Shown piece after piece: positions 1 to 11,186 of a DNA stretch of 64,000 nt. The stretch is from Histomonas meleagridis 2922-C6/04-290x (taxonomy: Eukaryota; Protista; Parabasalia). Under the pieces are notes generated by a model. It was not told where the DNA came from, ran no database searches, and was given only the letters and a program-made list of their open reading frames with translations. Numbering within the stretch: position 1 is the stretch's first letter; each line of letters opens with the position of its first letter. The stretch is taken from NCBI GenBank assembly GCA_020184695.1, contig JAANOX010000279.1, positions 124,001-188,000 of the forward strand, given 5' to 3'. The translations under genes were made by a program, and so were the position numbers.

Positions 1-2358
1 GTAAGAAGTGACATCGCTAATGAATACATTGATATTATTTCATCATTTAATAATGAAATGAAACATAATCGTAATCAATTATTAACATCATTCACTGTAA
101 TTGCATTTATATTACGATATGTAAATGATAATGAATTCATCCAATTCTTTAACAAAGCAAATCAAAACAAATTAAATTCTTTTATCCATTTCTTCTTACA
201 AAAACTTAAAAATAATCCGAATAATGATATACGTAATTCTACAACATTTACATTACCAATTCCTACAAATATTACTACAAAAAGATTAAGTTCTGCTGAA
301 GCACAAAATAATGAAACAAATAATAATAAAAGACGTAAATTTACACAAATGTCACAAAATAGAGTTTCATCATTATTTGTCGAAAGTATATTTAATACAC
401 AACAAATTCGAGAAATATCTTTAGATTCATTATTATCGATATTACATATGTTAGAAATCATATTGAAAAAAGGTAATGAAGAATCAGGAAAATTTGTTAT
501 TGATATATTATATCATATATTAATGTTAGATATCTGTATTGATGTTATATATCCATTACAAAAAGTATTAATTTTATTATTTGATAAACATTTGAAGTTA
601 TTATTCGATAGTTCAACACCACCATTTACATTATTTATACGTAAAGTTTTATCATTAGCTGCAATACAACATTCCGAAGCTTCTGATTTAATGACTCAAA
701 CATTACCATATCTATTTAAAGTCGAACGGAAACATTATAAAACTAATAATCGAAGTCGTGTATGTATCATTAGAGCAATTTCTAAGATGAATGATAATGA
801 TATTGAATCAAAATATTTACATAATTCATTAAAGAATTATATCGAGAATGATTCAAATATGGAATTGATATATAATACTGTAACTGAGTTAACAAAGATT
901 AATAATGACATGAGATTGATTGACCCAAAGCATTACGAAAAACTAAGGAAAGAACATCGCGTTGACGCTGCTTCAGATTCAAAGACAATCATTGAAAAAT
1001 ACGCCGATGACATTTTACAACGCTCTCGAATTTTACGGTTATCGCCCGATGCGTCAGCGGAAGAAATTCAAATTTTGAGTGAATATAACTCAAAAAATAA
1101 TTACACAAGTGAAGCTTTGATGTGTCAGTTATATCAAATTGCGATCATAACCGAATACTTAACGATCCTGAAACGTATGCCTAACGCTTATGACTTACAA
1201 CATCCGGCGTTAGTGTTTGTTACGTTGTTTACTGAGGCACGTTCTGCTGTTTGTCCTGAAGAACTTTTAGAAGATTTACCTTACATTAATACATTTTGTG
1301 ATTCTTCAATATTTAGTGAGTCTGGTTTATATATGGTGTTACAAGACATCTATACGTTTTGTAAGCAAAGTAGATATTTCGAATTGTCGAATGAAATCAC
1401 GAGAGTCATTTATCCAATATTTGAAAAACATAAAATGTTCGCTCAACTCGGGCGGTTTTTCCAACAATCTGAAATTTCATATAAAGTTATCGATAATATG
1501 TCAAGCAGCACCGATAGGTTATTCGGCCGTTATTACCGTGTCAGTTTTTATGGCAAAATTTTCGGTGATGAAGATGGCAAAGTTTACATCTATCGTGAAA
1601 CAAAATTGGCTCATATCTTCGAAGTCTCAAAACGTATCGAAGACTCTTACAAGGCATTGTACGGCGAGAAAAAGATCGAGTTGTTACAAATTAGTGGATT
1701 CGTCGATCGATTATTATTAGATAAAAATAAGGGATATATCCAAATTACTTTCGTGGAGCCTTACTTCGAGAAGGAAGAATTACCTCAAAGAGTTACTGTG
1801 TATGAACAAGGTAACAAACTTAAGTCATTCAAATTTGAGGCACCATTTGTTAAAGGTGAACGGAAAGCTCAAGGTAGCGTAGATACACAATGGTTACGTA
1901 GGACAATTTTGAAGGTTAACCAGATGATGCCTTCATTAACAAAACGTGTCGAAGTACCGAAAGAAGGAATTATTATCATCGAATACGAACCAATCAGAGT
2001 AAGTATTAGACAACTAAAGGAAAGACTAAACGCTTACAAAGAGGCATTGGAGAAAAAGGATACAAATGCAATTCAGCCATTGTTACATGGATCTTTATTG
2101 ACAACCGTAAACGAAGGACCAGTGGTAATGGCCGAAAAGTTCTTGTCGACAAGCTTGAGAACAAAATATACGGAATCAATGCGAAAGAAGTTTAATCTGT
2201 TTTTGGAATATAATAAGAAAGGTCTGGAGCTGTATAACGAATTGGTGAAAAGTAACCCAAAGTTTAAGCCGCTGCAGGACGAGCTGGAAGAAGGATTCAA
2301 GAATTTGTCGGACAAGTTGAAGCCGTACCTCGAAAATAAGTCAATATTTGGCAAATAA
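1..2358 (+). CDS. DOCK-family Rho GEF (DHR-2 domain), 5'-partial
   Basis: Frame is open from base 1. C-terminal DHR-2 motifs RLFGRYYRVSFYGKIFG..YIYRE, YIQITFVEPYF and LHGSLLTTVNEGP are present. Confidence 0.9.
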   Translation, partial: VRSDIANEYIDIISSFNNEMKHNRNQLLTSFTVIAFILRYVNDNEFIQFFNKANQNKLNSFIHFFLQKLKNNPNNDIRNSTTFTLPIPTNITTKRLSSAEAQNNETNNNKRRKFTQMSQNRVSSLFVESIFNTQQIREISLDSLLSILHMLEIILKKGNEESGKFVIDILYHILMLDICIDVIYPLQKVLILLFDKHLKLLFDSSTPPFTLFIRKVLSLAAIQHSEASDLMTQTLPYLFKVERKHYKTNNRSRVCIIRAISKMNDNDIESKYLHNSLKNYIENDSNMELIYNTVTELTKINNDMRLIDPKHYEKLRKEHRVDAASDSKTIIEKYADDILQRSRILRLSPDASAEEIQILSEYNSKNNYTSEALMCQLYQIAIITEYLTILKRMPNAYDLQHPALVFVTLFTEARSAVCPEELLEDLPYINTFCDSSIFSESGLYMVLQDIYTFCKQSRYFELSNEITRVIYPIFEKHKMFAQLGRFFQQSEISYKVIDNMSSSTDRLFGRYYRVSFYGKIFGDEDGKVYIYRETKLAHIFEVSKRIEDSYKALYGEKKIELLQISGFVDRLLLDKNKGYIQITFVEPYFEKEELPQRVTVYEQGNKLKSFKFEAPFVKGERKAQGSVDTQWLRRTILKVNQMMPSLTKRVEVPKEGIIIIEYEPIRVSIRQLKERLNAYKEALEKKDTNAIQPLLHGSLLTTVNEGPVVMAEKFLSTSLRTKYTESMRKKFNLFLEYNKKGLELYNELVKSNPKFKPLQDELEEGFKNLSDKLKPYLENKSIFGK

Positions 2359-2849
2359 AAAATTAATCATTTTCAATACTTTTTTGTGAATAAATCAGAC
2401 AACGAAATGTGCGGAAAGTGAAAAGTTTACGAAATCGCAAACAATGGCGAAAGTGTTGATGAAGCAGATGCTGACGATTTTTTAAGATTAAATAGGAATA
2501 TCCATAAATTTAATGTATTATGCACAATTAATGAAATGATTATTAATATTGGTACAATTGTAAATCATCAAAAAAACAAAATAAAATTTCGTAGTAAAAC
2601 ATCTTATGGAAACATAATACAACGCCCTTCAATTGAAGATTTCTATCATCATAGTAAAAAAAAAAAAATTAATGTTTGAACACATTTAAGAATTATTTTT
2701 TATAATAAAGAATTTATTTTTGAACAAAAAACATATTACAGATTTTAAGAGCTTATACTACTTAAAACAAAAAACAAATTAAGAAAAAATGTAATTTTAG
2801 ATCTACTAATCATGGTAAAATATCATCTATTTGTATATTTGTTTTTCCT

Positions 2850-3170
2850 TTATGGTTCAAGTCTTTGATACTTTTGGAGGGCATGATCTGAGAGATCTTC
2901 CTGAAGAAGAGGATCTTTAACTTTATCAGTATAAAAAATTGGAGGAATGAGGTTACCAATGGCTTTCTTTTGAGCAAGAGTTCCACCGTCACTTGAGTTT
3001 TCTTTTTTCATGCAACTCGAACCTAATAATTTTGAAATAAAGCAACCTAATATAAATAGTGCACATAGAACAGCAAATACGATTGCTAACACTACAGGCA
3101 TGCCAATTCCAGAATTACTGCTTCCCAAATATTGTACTGTCGTCGCGTTGGTTGTCCCAACAACTTGCAT
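2850..3170 (-). CDS. Small single-pass membrane protein
   Basis: 106-aa ORF from ATG with one hydrophobic segment (MPVVLAIVFAVLCALFILGCFI). Confidence 0.6.
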   Translation of the reverse strand: MQVVGTTNATTVQYLGSSNSGIGMPVVLAIVFAVLCALFILGCFISKLLGSSCMKKENSSDGGTLAQKKAIGNLIPPIFYTDKVKDPLLQEDLSDHALQKYQRLEP

Positions 3171-3352
3171 TTTCTATCGTTAAATCCATTGAATAAACGA
3201 TCAAAATCCGATCAATTTTTATCAACACTTTAACGTCTTTTGCACCGAGATTTCATTTGTTGCGGTGATTTTTCGATATAAAGTTATGCAAAACATATTA
3301 AAGCTGAAAAACACAAAAAAAATCAAGAATTCACTCAAGGTATTTTAGAAAT

Positions 3353-3613
3353 TTAAGCGCTGATCTTTGAACGGCATTCAACGTTTTCTGCAAGTTTGAT
3401 GCGACCACCTGTTGGGTATGCAAGAGTGGTGTTGCACTCTTCACAGTAAACTGGGATATGAGAATGGGAGAATGCGGTTGTAACATTCATGCATGATGGG
3501 CAACGAAGAGAAACAAATTCTGAGCGTGGGTTTGGAATGAGAGTCTTCTTCTTGCATGTGTGCTTTTCTTTCTCGATTGATGGATGGAGGATATCACAGT
3601 CGAGTGTACTCAT
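3353..3613 (-). CDS. RPS27: 40S ribosomal protein S27 (eS27), divergent copy
   Basis: DILHPS..EK..KKKTLIPNPRSEF...CPSC..F SHS...CEEC....PTGGR pattern; M5 CCTTT motif just upstream. Confidence 0.92.
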   Translation of the reverse strand: MSTLDCDILHPSIEKEKHTCKKKTLIPNPRSEFVSLRCPSCMNVTTAFSHSHIPVYCEECNTTLAYPTGGRIKLAENVECRSKISA

Positions 3614-3619
3614 GTTTGG

Positions 3620-3624
3620 AAAGG
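3620..3624 (-). promoter_or_regulatory. M5-type core promoter motif (CCTTT) of RPS27
   Basis: CCTTT lies a few nt upstream of the ATG, as described for trichomonad ribosomal-protein genes. Confidence 0.6.
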
Positions 3625-3974
3625 TCAGGCCAAACGGTTTATTTCACATGACATGTCTGTGTTATTCTGGGGAAAATTCACAGCTTGCATTTATCCTTTG
3701 TTTTCAAGCTTAAAATTCTTTAATTGCAAACAAAAATGACAAACATGGAATTTAATAAAATGTTAATATAATAAATGGAAATAGTTGAAAAGAGATTGAT
3801 TGATTCTCGCATTTTAACATTGTTTCTAATTATAAAACTGACTCACTTTATTATGTACACGAATCTACACATGGGTAAATATCTTATTTTTTTGTTGGAA
3901 GTTGAAATTTCAACAATCAGTTTTAAATTGGTTGTGCAAGTAAATTTCATTTTCGAAGCTACAACGCCTTTATT

Positions 3975-5255
3975 GTGCTGAGGCGAAATTACTTGTTTGA
4001 ATCTATTGAAAAACATGAATGTCTTGTCGAACATTTTCACGGTAAAAATCCATTGCCGATAAAAAGTGAATTCAAAAATTCAATTGACGCTCTGAAAATT
4101 TATGCTCCGTTAGACCTATCGGAAAAAATTCTACCGAAATTTCAATTGAACGAGAAAATCAAAAATATGCTTGCTTCTTCTGTTACACTTGATAATAATC
4201 AATCTAACATTCAAGCTCGGATTTCATTTCAGCATTTCCTCAAACATATGACAACACCATTATTTTCCAATCCAATTCTTCGTTCAGAAATCAAAACTCA
4301 TGTTGGTTCTATCTGGACTCTTGCTTCATCACCAAGTGGTAAATATATTGCTAGTGCTGGAGAAGATAAACGAGTCGTTGTTTGTGGATTAAGTGAAACA
4401 TATCCATATATTTATTCTGTTTGTTCACTTTCTGGTCATGATTCAGACGTTGTTCATTTAGCATGGAAAGATGATAATACATTAATGAGTTCCTCCTTAG
4501 ATTCTACAGTAAAATTTTGGAAAATCTCAACTGGTGAATTAATTGATACATTTAATCATGACAGTGCTGTTACCACATCAGCTATTAATCCCAATGATCC
4601 CAACATTTTTATCGCATGTACATTTAATATGACAGCAGTTTTATGGGATATCAGAAAACATTCAATTATCAAAACATTTTACTTTAATTCACTCCCAACA
4701 GCAGTTTCATTCTCACCCGACGGATCACATATAGCCATTGGATGCTTTAATGGCTTTTGTCACATTTATCGAACATCTGATTTTTCACGCATCACACAGT
4801 TCATAGTTGGCCCACGTCATAAGAAGCGAATGCATGGGAAGAAGATCACATCCATACTCTTTCTTGATAACGAAAGATTTCTCATTGCATCTAATGATTC
4901 AAGAATTCGAATGTATTCGACAGATAACTTTTCCTTAATACGGAAATATGTTGGACATAAAAGCAAAGAGGCACAATTAAAGTTGTCATTATCTCCAGAT
5001 AAGAATTTCATAATGACAACAAGCGAAGAAGATGGATCTGTTTTCATATGGCCAATCGAATTTAACACATCGAGCAGCAGCAAATTGTTTTGGAAAAATT
5101 ACCCAAAAAATAGATCGAAAACTTTCGAAGGATTCAAAATCGGTAAAAAGATGATAGTGAACTCCGCGGTCTTCGCAAATTGGGAAGGAGAAAATAACCC
5201 TTTTGTTGTTGTGTGTGATAATGATGGAAAAATTTATACAATTGTTTCTGAATAA
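3975..5255 (+). CDS. WD40-repeat protein (WDR44-like); true start uncertain
   Basis: GH..WD/KFW repeats (LSGHDSDVVHLAW..SSSLDSTVKFW; IASNDSRIRMY..KYVGH). No ATG at the ORF-track start. Confidence 0.8.
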   Translation: MLRRNYLFESIEKHECLVEHFHGKNPLPIKSEFKNSIDALKIYAPLDLSEKILPKFQLNEKIKNMLASSVTLDNNQSNIQARISFQHFLKHMTTPLFSNPILRSEIKTHVGSIWTLASSPSGKYIASAGEDKRVVVCGLSETYPYIYSVCSLSGHDSDVVHLAWKDDNTLMSSSLDSTVKFWKISTGELIDTFNHDSAVTTSAINPNDPNIFIACTFNMTAVLWDIRKHSIIKTFYFNSLPTAVSFSPDGSHIAIGCFNGFCHIYRTSDFSRITQFIVGPRHKKRMHGKKITSILFLDNERFLIASNDSRIRMYSTDNFSLIRKYVGHKSKEAQLKLSLSPDKNFIMTTSEEDGSVFIWPIEFNTSSSSKLFWKNYPKNRSKTFEGFKIGKKMIVNSAVFANWEGENNPFVVVCDNDGKIYTIVSE

Positions 5256-5705
5256 AAATAGAATGTGTTTTTAAATTATACTTTTCTGCTATGAAATATG
5301 TTTGCAATTATTCCCTTATAGCTTTTGTTTATTTGACGCTTGTGAGTTATTAATGAATTCATTTTCATTTTCAGTGAACTAAATTTTCTATAATTCTCTG
5401 TGTATCCTATTTTTCTATTATAATTATAGATGTGTACAGGTTTTTCACTGCAGTCTATATGATTATAATGATGTGTTATTGTCCTATGAAAATATAAACA
5501 TTTTTATTAAAAAATAATAAAAAAATTTTTTTAAAGATCTAAATTTAATTCCAAAATATTCTTTTATTTCTTTAGTTAATTTCGATTTTCGAATATTGTG
5601 ACTTTATATATAATCATTGGAATTAAAAATATGATTATTCCCGCCCATAATTATTTTTTTTTAGGGATTCCCACAATTTCGAAATCTGCTGCAAAGAAAA
5701 ATTGA

Positions 5706-6590
5706 ATGGTATTCAATGAAACGTTATCGTCTGAGCTGATTATCATATTAAAACAAATGGAAAATATTGCAGAGTGGTCAACGAGTTATTTTATACTAGC
5801 AGCACTATTTCTTTTGTTTTTTGTAGTCTTCTTGTTCGTAACTGTAAAAGACTATAGATCACACCAAGCAAACTCAACTCAAATTCCTTATCTTATCGCT
5901 GTTTTTTCAAGAGGTCTTGGCTTTGTTGTATCAGGATTAATCGTAAAATCAAAAAATGATAGCTATTGGAAGAATTGGTCAATTATTACAAATGGATTAC
6001 CAGGATACATTGTTGCAACAGCATATTGTTTCATTTTCTTTTCTTGGTGTTCAGTTTGTGTTGAATGCCTTGCAAAAAAGAATATCAAATTTTTTGATAA
6101 AACAAAACAAATTATGCTTATTTTGATTATCATAATTTGGATTGAAGAAATCATTACTCTTTTATGTTTTTACTTAATCGATTCATCTTCGTCAGGCACA
6201 CACACAGCTCATTATGTCGAAGCCTCATTTGCAGTTTTACGAGATTTTGCGATCGCAGCAGCCTTTCTTGTTTACTTAATCAAAATATGGAAACTGTTCA
6301 ATAGTGCCTGTGGTTGCTCTTCTAATGAATCTGTACTATTTTTCATGTGCGGTTTACTTTTTGTCGCAATGTTACTTCGAGGAATTTCGATCATTGCTTA
6401 TGTGATTCTAATAGCACACGACCACGACAATACACTCGAATGGTCGATTGAATATTTTGCAGCTTTTGTTGTAGAACAAATTATTTTTGAAGTTCTTCCA
6501 CTTGGTGCAATTTGTGTTCTCAAGTTGCAATCTGAATATGTAGCAGCTAGTCACAAACAAGGAAGTTTTGTGAATTTTGAAGAAGTATAA
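5706..6590 (+). CDS. Multi-pass (~7TM) membrane protein, THH1/TOM1- or GPCR-like
   Basis: About seven hydrophobic segments in 294 aa. Confidence 0.7.
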   Translation: MVFNETLSSELIIILKQMENIAEWSTSYFILAALFLLFFVVFLFVTVKDYRSHQANSTQIPYLIAVFSRGLGFVVSGLIVKSKNDSYWKNWSIITNGLPGYIVATAYCFIFFSWCSVCVECLAKKNIKFFDKTKQIMLILIIIIWIEEIITLLCFYLIDSSSSGTHTAHYVEASFAVLRDFAIAAAFLVYLIKIWKLFNSACGCSSNESVLFFMCGLLFVAMLLRGISIIAYVILIAHDHDNTLEWSIEYFAAFVVEQIIFEVLPLGAICVLKLQSEYVAASHKQGSFVNFEEV

Positions 6591-6864
6591 ATATTATTCA
6601 TGTAATTCACAATAAATGAATCTATGTATCGATTTTATTTTTCTTTTTTGATATGTAAAATATTAAAAACAAAATTAATATACTTTATAGATCGGAGTGT
6701 AAATTGTTGGATTCAATTTCAGCTGGAAAACAATATAATTCTTCCTCTTCTATATGACTACAAAGTTTTTTCTGGTAAAAACGATTAATGTTGATTGAAT
6801 TTTCTATCGGCTATGCTGAATTAATTCTGACGATCAGAATAAACGTTCTTTTTTGCAGGCTAAA

Positions 6865-7386
6865 ATGAATAAAAGTGAGGATTATTTTATCCTGGCAAAA
6901 ACTTCAAAAGAAAGATTTTCAGGAGCTGTACAGGAAAATAAATCTCTTGCATCATTAGCTGAGGCACAAGCCCAGATAATTGATGAATTAGCAAAAACAA
7001 TTGAAAATGAAACAGATTTAAAAGATAAAATAAAGAATACCGAAAGAGATATTTTAATAGTTGAAAATAATATTAATCAATCAGTTGAAGCATTACAAGA
7101 ATTAATGAGTCAGAATAAAAATGATTTTCAGGCTGGTGAATTTCTAAAATCATTTTTATTGGCTACAACAAAAATGTTATTTACTTCTACTAAGAATTCT
7201 TTAGATCAAGGTGATATTAATGTTTCATTATTTAAACTCATTGAAATTGAATCTAAAATTGCAGAAACCATTTCTTCTTTGGAGAAATCTGGAATGTATC
7301 CAGAGCAGGACAATCAACATAAAGAGAGAGTAAATTTAAACATTCAACATCAACAAAAAATTACACAATTTCTTGAAACAATATAA
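6865..7386 (+). CDS. Hypothetical coiled-coil protein
   Basis: Open ORF with first ATG at 6865 and helical heptad-like composition. Confidence 0.6.
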   Translation: MNKSEDYFILAKTSKERFSGAVQENKSLASLAEAQAQIIDELAKTIENETDLKDKIKNTERDILIVENNINQSVEALQELMSQNKNDFQAGEFLKSFLLATTKMLFTSTKNSLDQGDINVSLFKLIEIESKIAETISSLEKSGMYPEQDNQHKERVNLNIQHQQKITQFLETI

Positions 7387-7594
7387 ATAAATCTTTTATA
7401 TTTAAATAAAAATAAACTTATTGATACTTTAAACATTTGAAGACAATTTCAATTTCTTTTTTTTCTTTTGAGTTTATTTAAAAGGCATTTAATCGTTTTA
7501 TTTTCAAAAATGATTCAATAGTTTATATATTCAAATCTAGGGGGTGGCCCGTTTCCAAAATGGAACTAGAAATAACGTACAAAAAAATTTTTTT

Positions 7595-8944
7595 ATGTCT
7601 GAACCAAAAGTATATGTTATCCGTCGGAAAATCACAAAAATAAAACCAACTCCTATACCAGAGACAACTTTTACACCTGAGCATTTTCAGAAAAAATCAC
7701 CTCCACCGCCAATCAAAACAACTCCTCATTTTGAAGAACTTTCAAAACCTAAACCAAATTTATACAAAGAACCTCAACCAGATCCAATTCCAAAATATCA
7801 AAATCCTCCTCCAAATTTCGGACAAATTGATTTCCGAGTAAATGCTGCTTCACTTCAACGTGACTATTATCTTCGCAAAGCACTTGACAAAAAAGAAAAG
7901 GCTGAAGAAGAAAACAAGCCCAAAGAATTTCTTCAATGGCAAGAAGAAATGAAGAAAATTGATGAACAAAATCGGGAAGCCGAAATTCAAAGACTTCATC
8001 GGGAGCTTGACAAATCACGACAAAAAGCAGCCAAAGTCAAAGAACGGATGATAGCTGACAAACTTTCATCAGGTAATCAATTACGCGATGAAATTAAAGA
8101 AATGCAAAATCAACAAAAGCAAAAAGAAATTGAAGAACAAAAGCAATTCCAAGCATATAAAAGCACGCTCATTGACAGGGCTCCAATGATTGTCCAAAAA
8201 GCGAATCAAGAAAAAATTCGTCAAACGAAATTAATGAAGAAACAACTTCGAATCGAATTAAAAGCAGCTGAACGACTTCGAAAAGAAGAAACTGAACGGA
8301 TACATAAAAACGCTGAGAAAGTTCGACATGATGCAAAATATCATACGAATAAACATGGCGATTCATATATTAATGCGAAGGAAATAACAGAAACGAAATT
8401 TCTTGCGGAATTAACAGACGAAGAGTCGAAAGAATTAATAAAGAAAAACATAAAGAACCAAAAGAAAGAAATCACTAAAAAGATTGAGAATAATCGAAAG
8501 ATTAAAGAAGAACAAAACAAGAAATTGTATTCGATGTTACAAGAATTAACTAATGAAAGAAATGAACGCGATGAAATAAACATCGAAAAAAGAAAAGAGA
8601 AAATGGAAAAAGAAAAAGAAGAAAAATTAAAGAAAAAAGAAATAGAAGATCAAAAATATTTAAAACTTGAACGAAGACAAGAGAAAAAAAGATTAAAAAG
8701 ATTAAACGAGGCTGAAGAAATGGAAGAAAAGGCAAGAGAAATAGCCGCAAGAAATAGATATTTGTCGCTGAATAAGAAATCGTTGGAAGTGAGCGCGTTC
8801 CAATCGAGACAAGACGCAAAGTTAAGATCGGCTAAAGAAAGACAAGAGAAAAAAATGATCGGAACAAACCAAAGCAGAAAAGTTGTGGAAAAAAAGAAAA
8901 ACAATGGCGAGCTTATAAACTTGAAGGAAATTTTAGGAATTTGA
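7595..8944 (+). CDS. Coiled-coil flagellar protein, CFAP99-like
   Basis: VNAASLQRD...EFLQWQEEMKKIDEQ..EIQRL segment resembles CFAP99 from memory; long E/K-rich coiled coil. Confidence 0.55.
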   Translation: MSEPKVYVIRRKITKIKPTPIPETTFTPEHFQKKSPPPPIKTTPHFEELSKPKPNLYKEPQPDPIPKYQNPPPNFGQIDFRVNAASLQRDYYLRKALDKKEKAEEENKPKEFLQWQEEMKKIDEQNREAEIQRLHRELDKSRQKAAKVKERMIADKLSSGNQLRDEIKEMQNQQKQKEIEEQKQFQAYKSTLIDRAPMIVQKANQEKIRQTKLMKKQLRIELKAAERLRKEETERIHKNAEKVRHDAKYHTNKHGDSYINAKEITETKFLAELTDEESKELIKKNIKNQKKEITKKIENNRKIKEEQNKKLYSMLQELTNERNERDEINIEKRKEKMEKEKEEKLKKKEIEDQKYLKLERRQEKKRLKRLNEAEEMEEKAREIAARNRYLSLNKKSLEVSAFQSRQDAKLRSAKERQEKKMIGTNQSRKVVEKKKNNGELINLKEILGI

Positions 8945-9264
8945 ATTTACAGTCTGTTTGTTTGTAAAATAAATTATTAACAAAATTTTACTTTGAAAAT
9001 CGCACTCCAAAATCTTTATTTAGTGCTTATAAAATTCAGTATATAAAAATGCATTTATAATAGGTGTAAAAGAAACAAAATTTTATCATGATGATCATCC
9101 ATATTCCTATTTTGTAAGTTAACTGTTATTTTCACAAATCTGTGGACAGCTGATAGAGAATTCAAAACATTCCATTTATGGAATTTCTGATGAAAAAATT
9201 TTTCGAAACTGGCCATAAATTAACGGTTAAATGACATGTCATTCTCCAACTACCAAATCATAAT

Positions 9265-9270
9265 TCATTT
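9265..9270 (+). promoter_or_regulatory. Inr (TCATTT) upstream of ankyrin gene A
   Basis: TCATTT ends 5 nt before ATG 9276. Confidence 0.55.
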
Positions 9271-9275
9271 CCTTT

Positions 9276-10976
9276 ATGCTGAATGATTTTAATGAAAAAG
9301 ATGATTGTTATTTTTATTTAATGTTGTAAATTACTATTTGATGTACTTTTTATATGTTTATTACACCTTTAATGTTCGCAACTCAAAATGGATCTTTTGA
9401 GATTGTTCAATCATTACTTCAAAAAGGAGATATAGAAACCAATATACAAGACTTTATTTTATATTTTTTATTATTTATTTTTAATATTTTTTTAGGATAA
9501 TCTTTCATGTGAACTTAAAAATAAACATAATGAAATTGTGAAATTACTTCTTAAACAAAGTGTAACGAACAAAATTACAGTGAAAAATATTTACTTATTT
9601 TTATCAATATTTTTATATCAAATTTGATATGATTAATGAAACAGCAGCCCAAAATATAAATGATGAAATCGATGAAACATTACATTATCAGAATATAGAC
9701 GAGATGAAAATCAAAAAAGTTTTTTTGAAGTTTAGATAATTCAAAACGAAATTCAAGAATCGAATGAAAGAGTAAATGAATTGGAAAAGGAAATTCAGTT
9801 ATTACGAAATGAAATTCAAGAAACAAGGAAAAAAGAAATCGAATTCCTAAAAGTAATTCAAGAAACTCGTTCCAGAGAAAATGGATTACAAAAGGATATT
9901 CTGTTATTGCGAAATGAAATTCAAGAATCGAAGAAAAAAGAAATCGAATTGCAAAAAGTAATTCAAGAAACTCGTTCCAGAGAAAATGGATTAGAAAAGG
10001 AAATTCATGAACTGAAAATGAAAAATCAAGAATTAATCAATATGAAAGATAAGTACATCAAAGAAAGAGATGAAAATATAAAAAAACGACTAATTCTACG
10101 ACAAAATGGAATTAATATTTATAATATTAATGAAATAGACCTAAATGATATTCATTTCTATTATTTAATTTATTTTTACTTAAAATAAAATATAATAAAA
10201 TTATTTAAAACTCCACTTGTTAAAGCGGCAGAAAAAGGAAATATTGAACTAAATGGAATCAATATTAATGCCAAAGATCTCTATTTGTCTAATTTGATAT
10301 TTAATTTAATAATTTTGGATTTCTTAAATAAATTTGGGAAATATTTAAATTATTTTATACAGCACTTATGTTGGCATCTGCAAATGGTCATACAGAAATA
10401 GTTAAATTACTTCTTGAGCATAAAGGAATTGATATTAATGCCAAAGATATTTATTTGATTTATTTAATATTCATTTTAATAATTTGGAAATTCAAAATAA
10501 TATTTGGTAATTATTTGAATTATTTAGAACAGCACTTATGAAAGCATCTGAAAATGGTCATAAAGAAATTATTAAATTACTTCTTGAACATAAAGGAATT
10601 GATATTAATGCCAAAGATATTTATTTGATTTATTTAATACTTATTTTAATAATTTGGAAATTCAAAATAATATTTGGTAATTATTTTAATTATTTTGGAC
10701 TTCACTTATGTATGCTTCTGGTTATGGTCGAACAGAAATAGTTAAATTACTTCTAATGCAAAAAGGAATTGATATTAATGCCAAAAATATTTTTTTGGTT
10801 CATTTAAAAATTATTTTAATAATTTGATTTTTATTAATAATATTTAGAAATTATTTTAATTATTTTATACTGCACTCAAGTTGGCAAGAATTCGTTTACC
10901 ACCTGTGGCTGCTTTGCAGAGAAATAGTCCTCTTATGGAAGTAATTAGAATTCTCAAAGAAAAAGGAGCAACCTAA
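9276..10976 (+). CDS. Interrupted ankyrin/coiled-coil gene A (about 413 aa after removing 27 17-nt elements)
   Basis: Blocks at 9303-9362, 9453-9495 (placement ambiguous), 9589-9628, 9719-9735, 10150-10209, 10279-10358, 10449-10528, 10619-10698 and 10789-10868. 1701-27x17=1242 nt (in frame). Ends in a capping repeat TALKLAR...EVIRILKEKGAT*. Confidence 0.75.
9784..9993 (+). repeat. Two tandem 105-nt coding repeats (35-aa coiled-coil unit)
   Basis: EKEIQLLRNEIQETRKKEIEFLKVIQETRSRENGL followed by QKDILLLRNEIQESKKKEIELQKVIQETRSRENGL. Confidence 0.9.
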
Positions 10977-11087
10977 ATTTAGTTAAACAAAACAAATGTA
11001 CAGTAAAATGACTTTCAGAATTTTTGCCATAATTATTAATAATTATTAAAAAATTTAGTAATATGGTGTAGACATTTTTCGAGCAAG

Positions 11088-11186
11088 ATTATCCACTTTT
11101 TGAATACTTTACCAAATATCGATACGATCATCGTCGATTCAAAATGTGGAGTTTGTCAAAATATTATCCACTTTTTGAATACTTTA
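11088..11186. repeat. Pair of 24-nt direct repeats
   Basis: ATTATCCACTTTTTGAATACTTTA at 11088 and 11163. Confidence 0.7.

Noticed and set aside
162-2354. Antisense or overlapping short ORFs here and throughout the track
   Set aside because: They are shadows of long genes on the other strand or frame, with no independent coding signal.
3775-3981. A 17-nt element joining ORF 3775 to the WD40 ORF
   Set aside because: The frame arithmetic allows it, but no clear element boundaries are visible and a 1-nt error or a downstream ATG explains it equally well.
10538-10741. Short ORF-track proteins with hydrophobic 'IYLIYLILILII' segments (also 29694, 29900, 59101-60688) as membrane peptides
   Set aside because: They are read-through of ankyrin cores into non-coding 17-nt elements.
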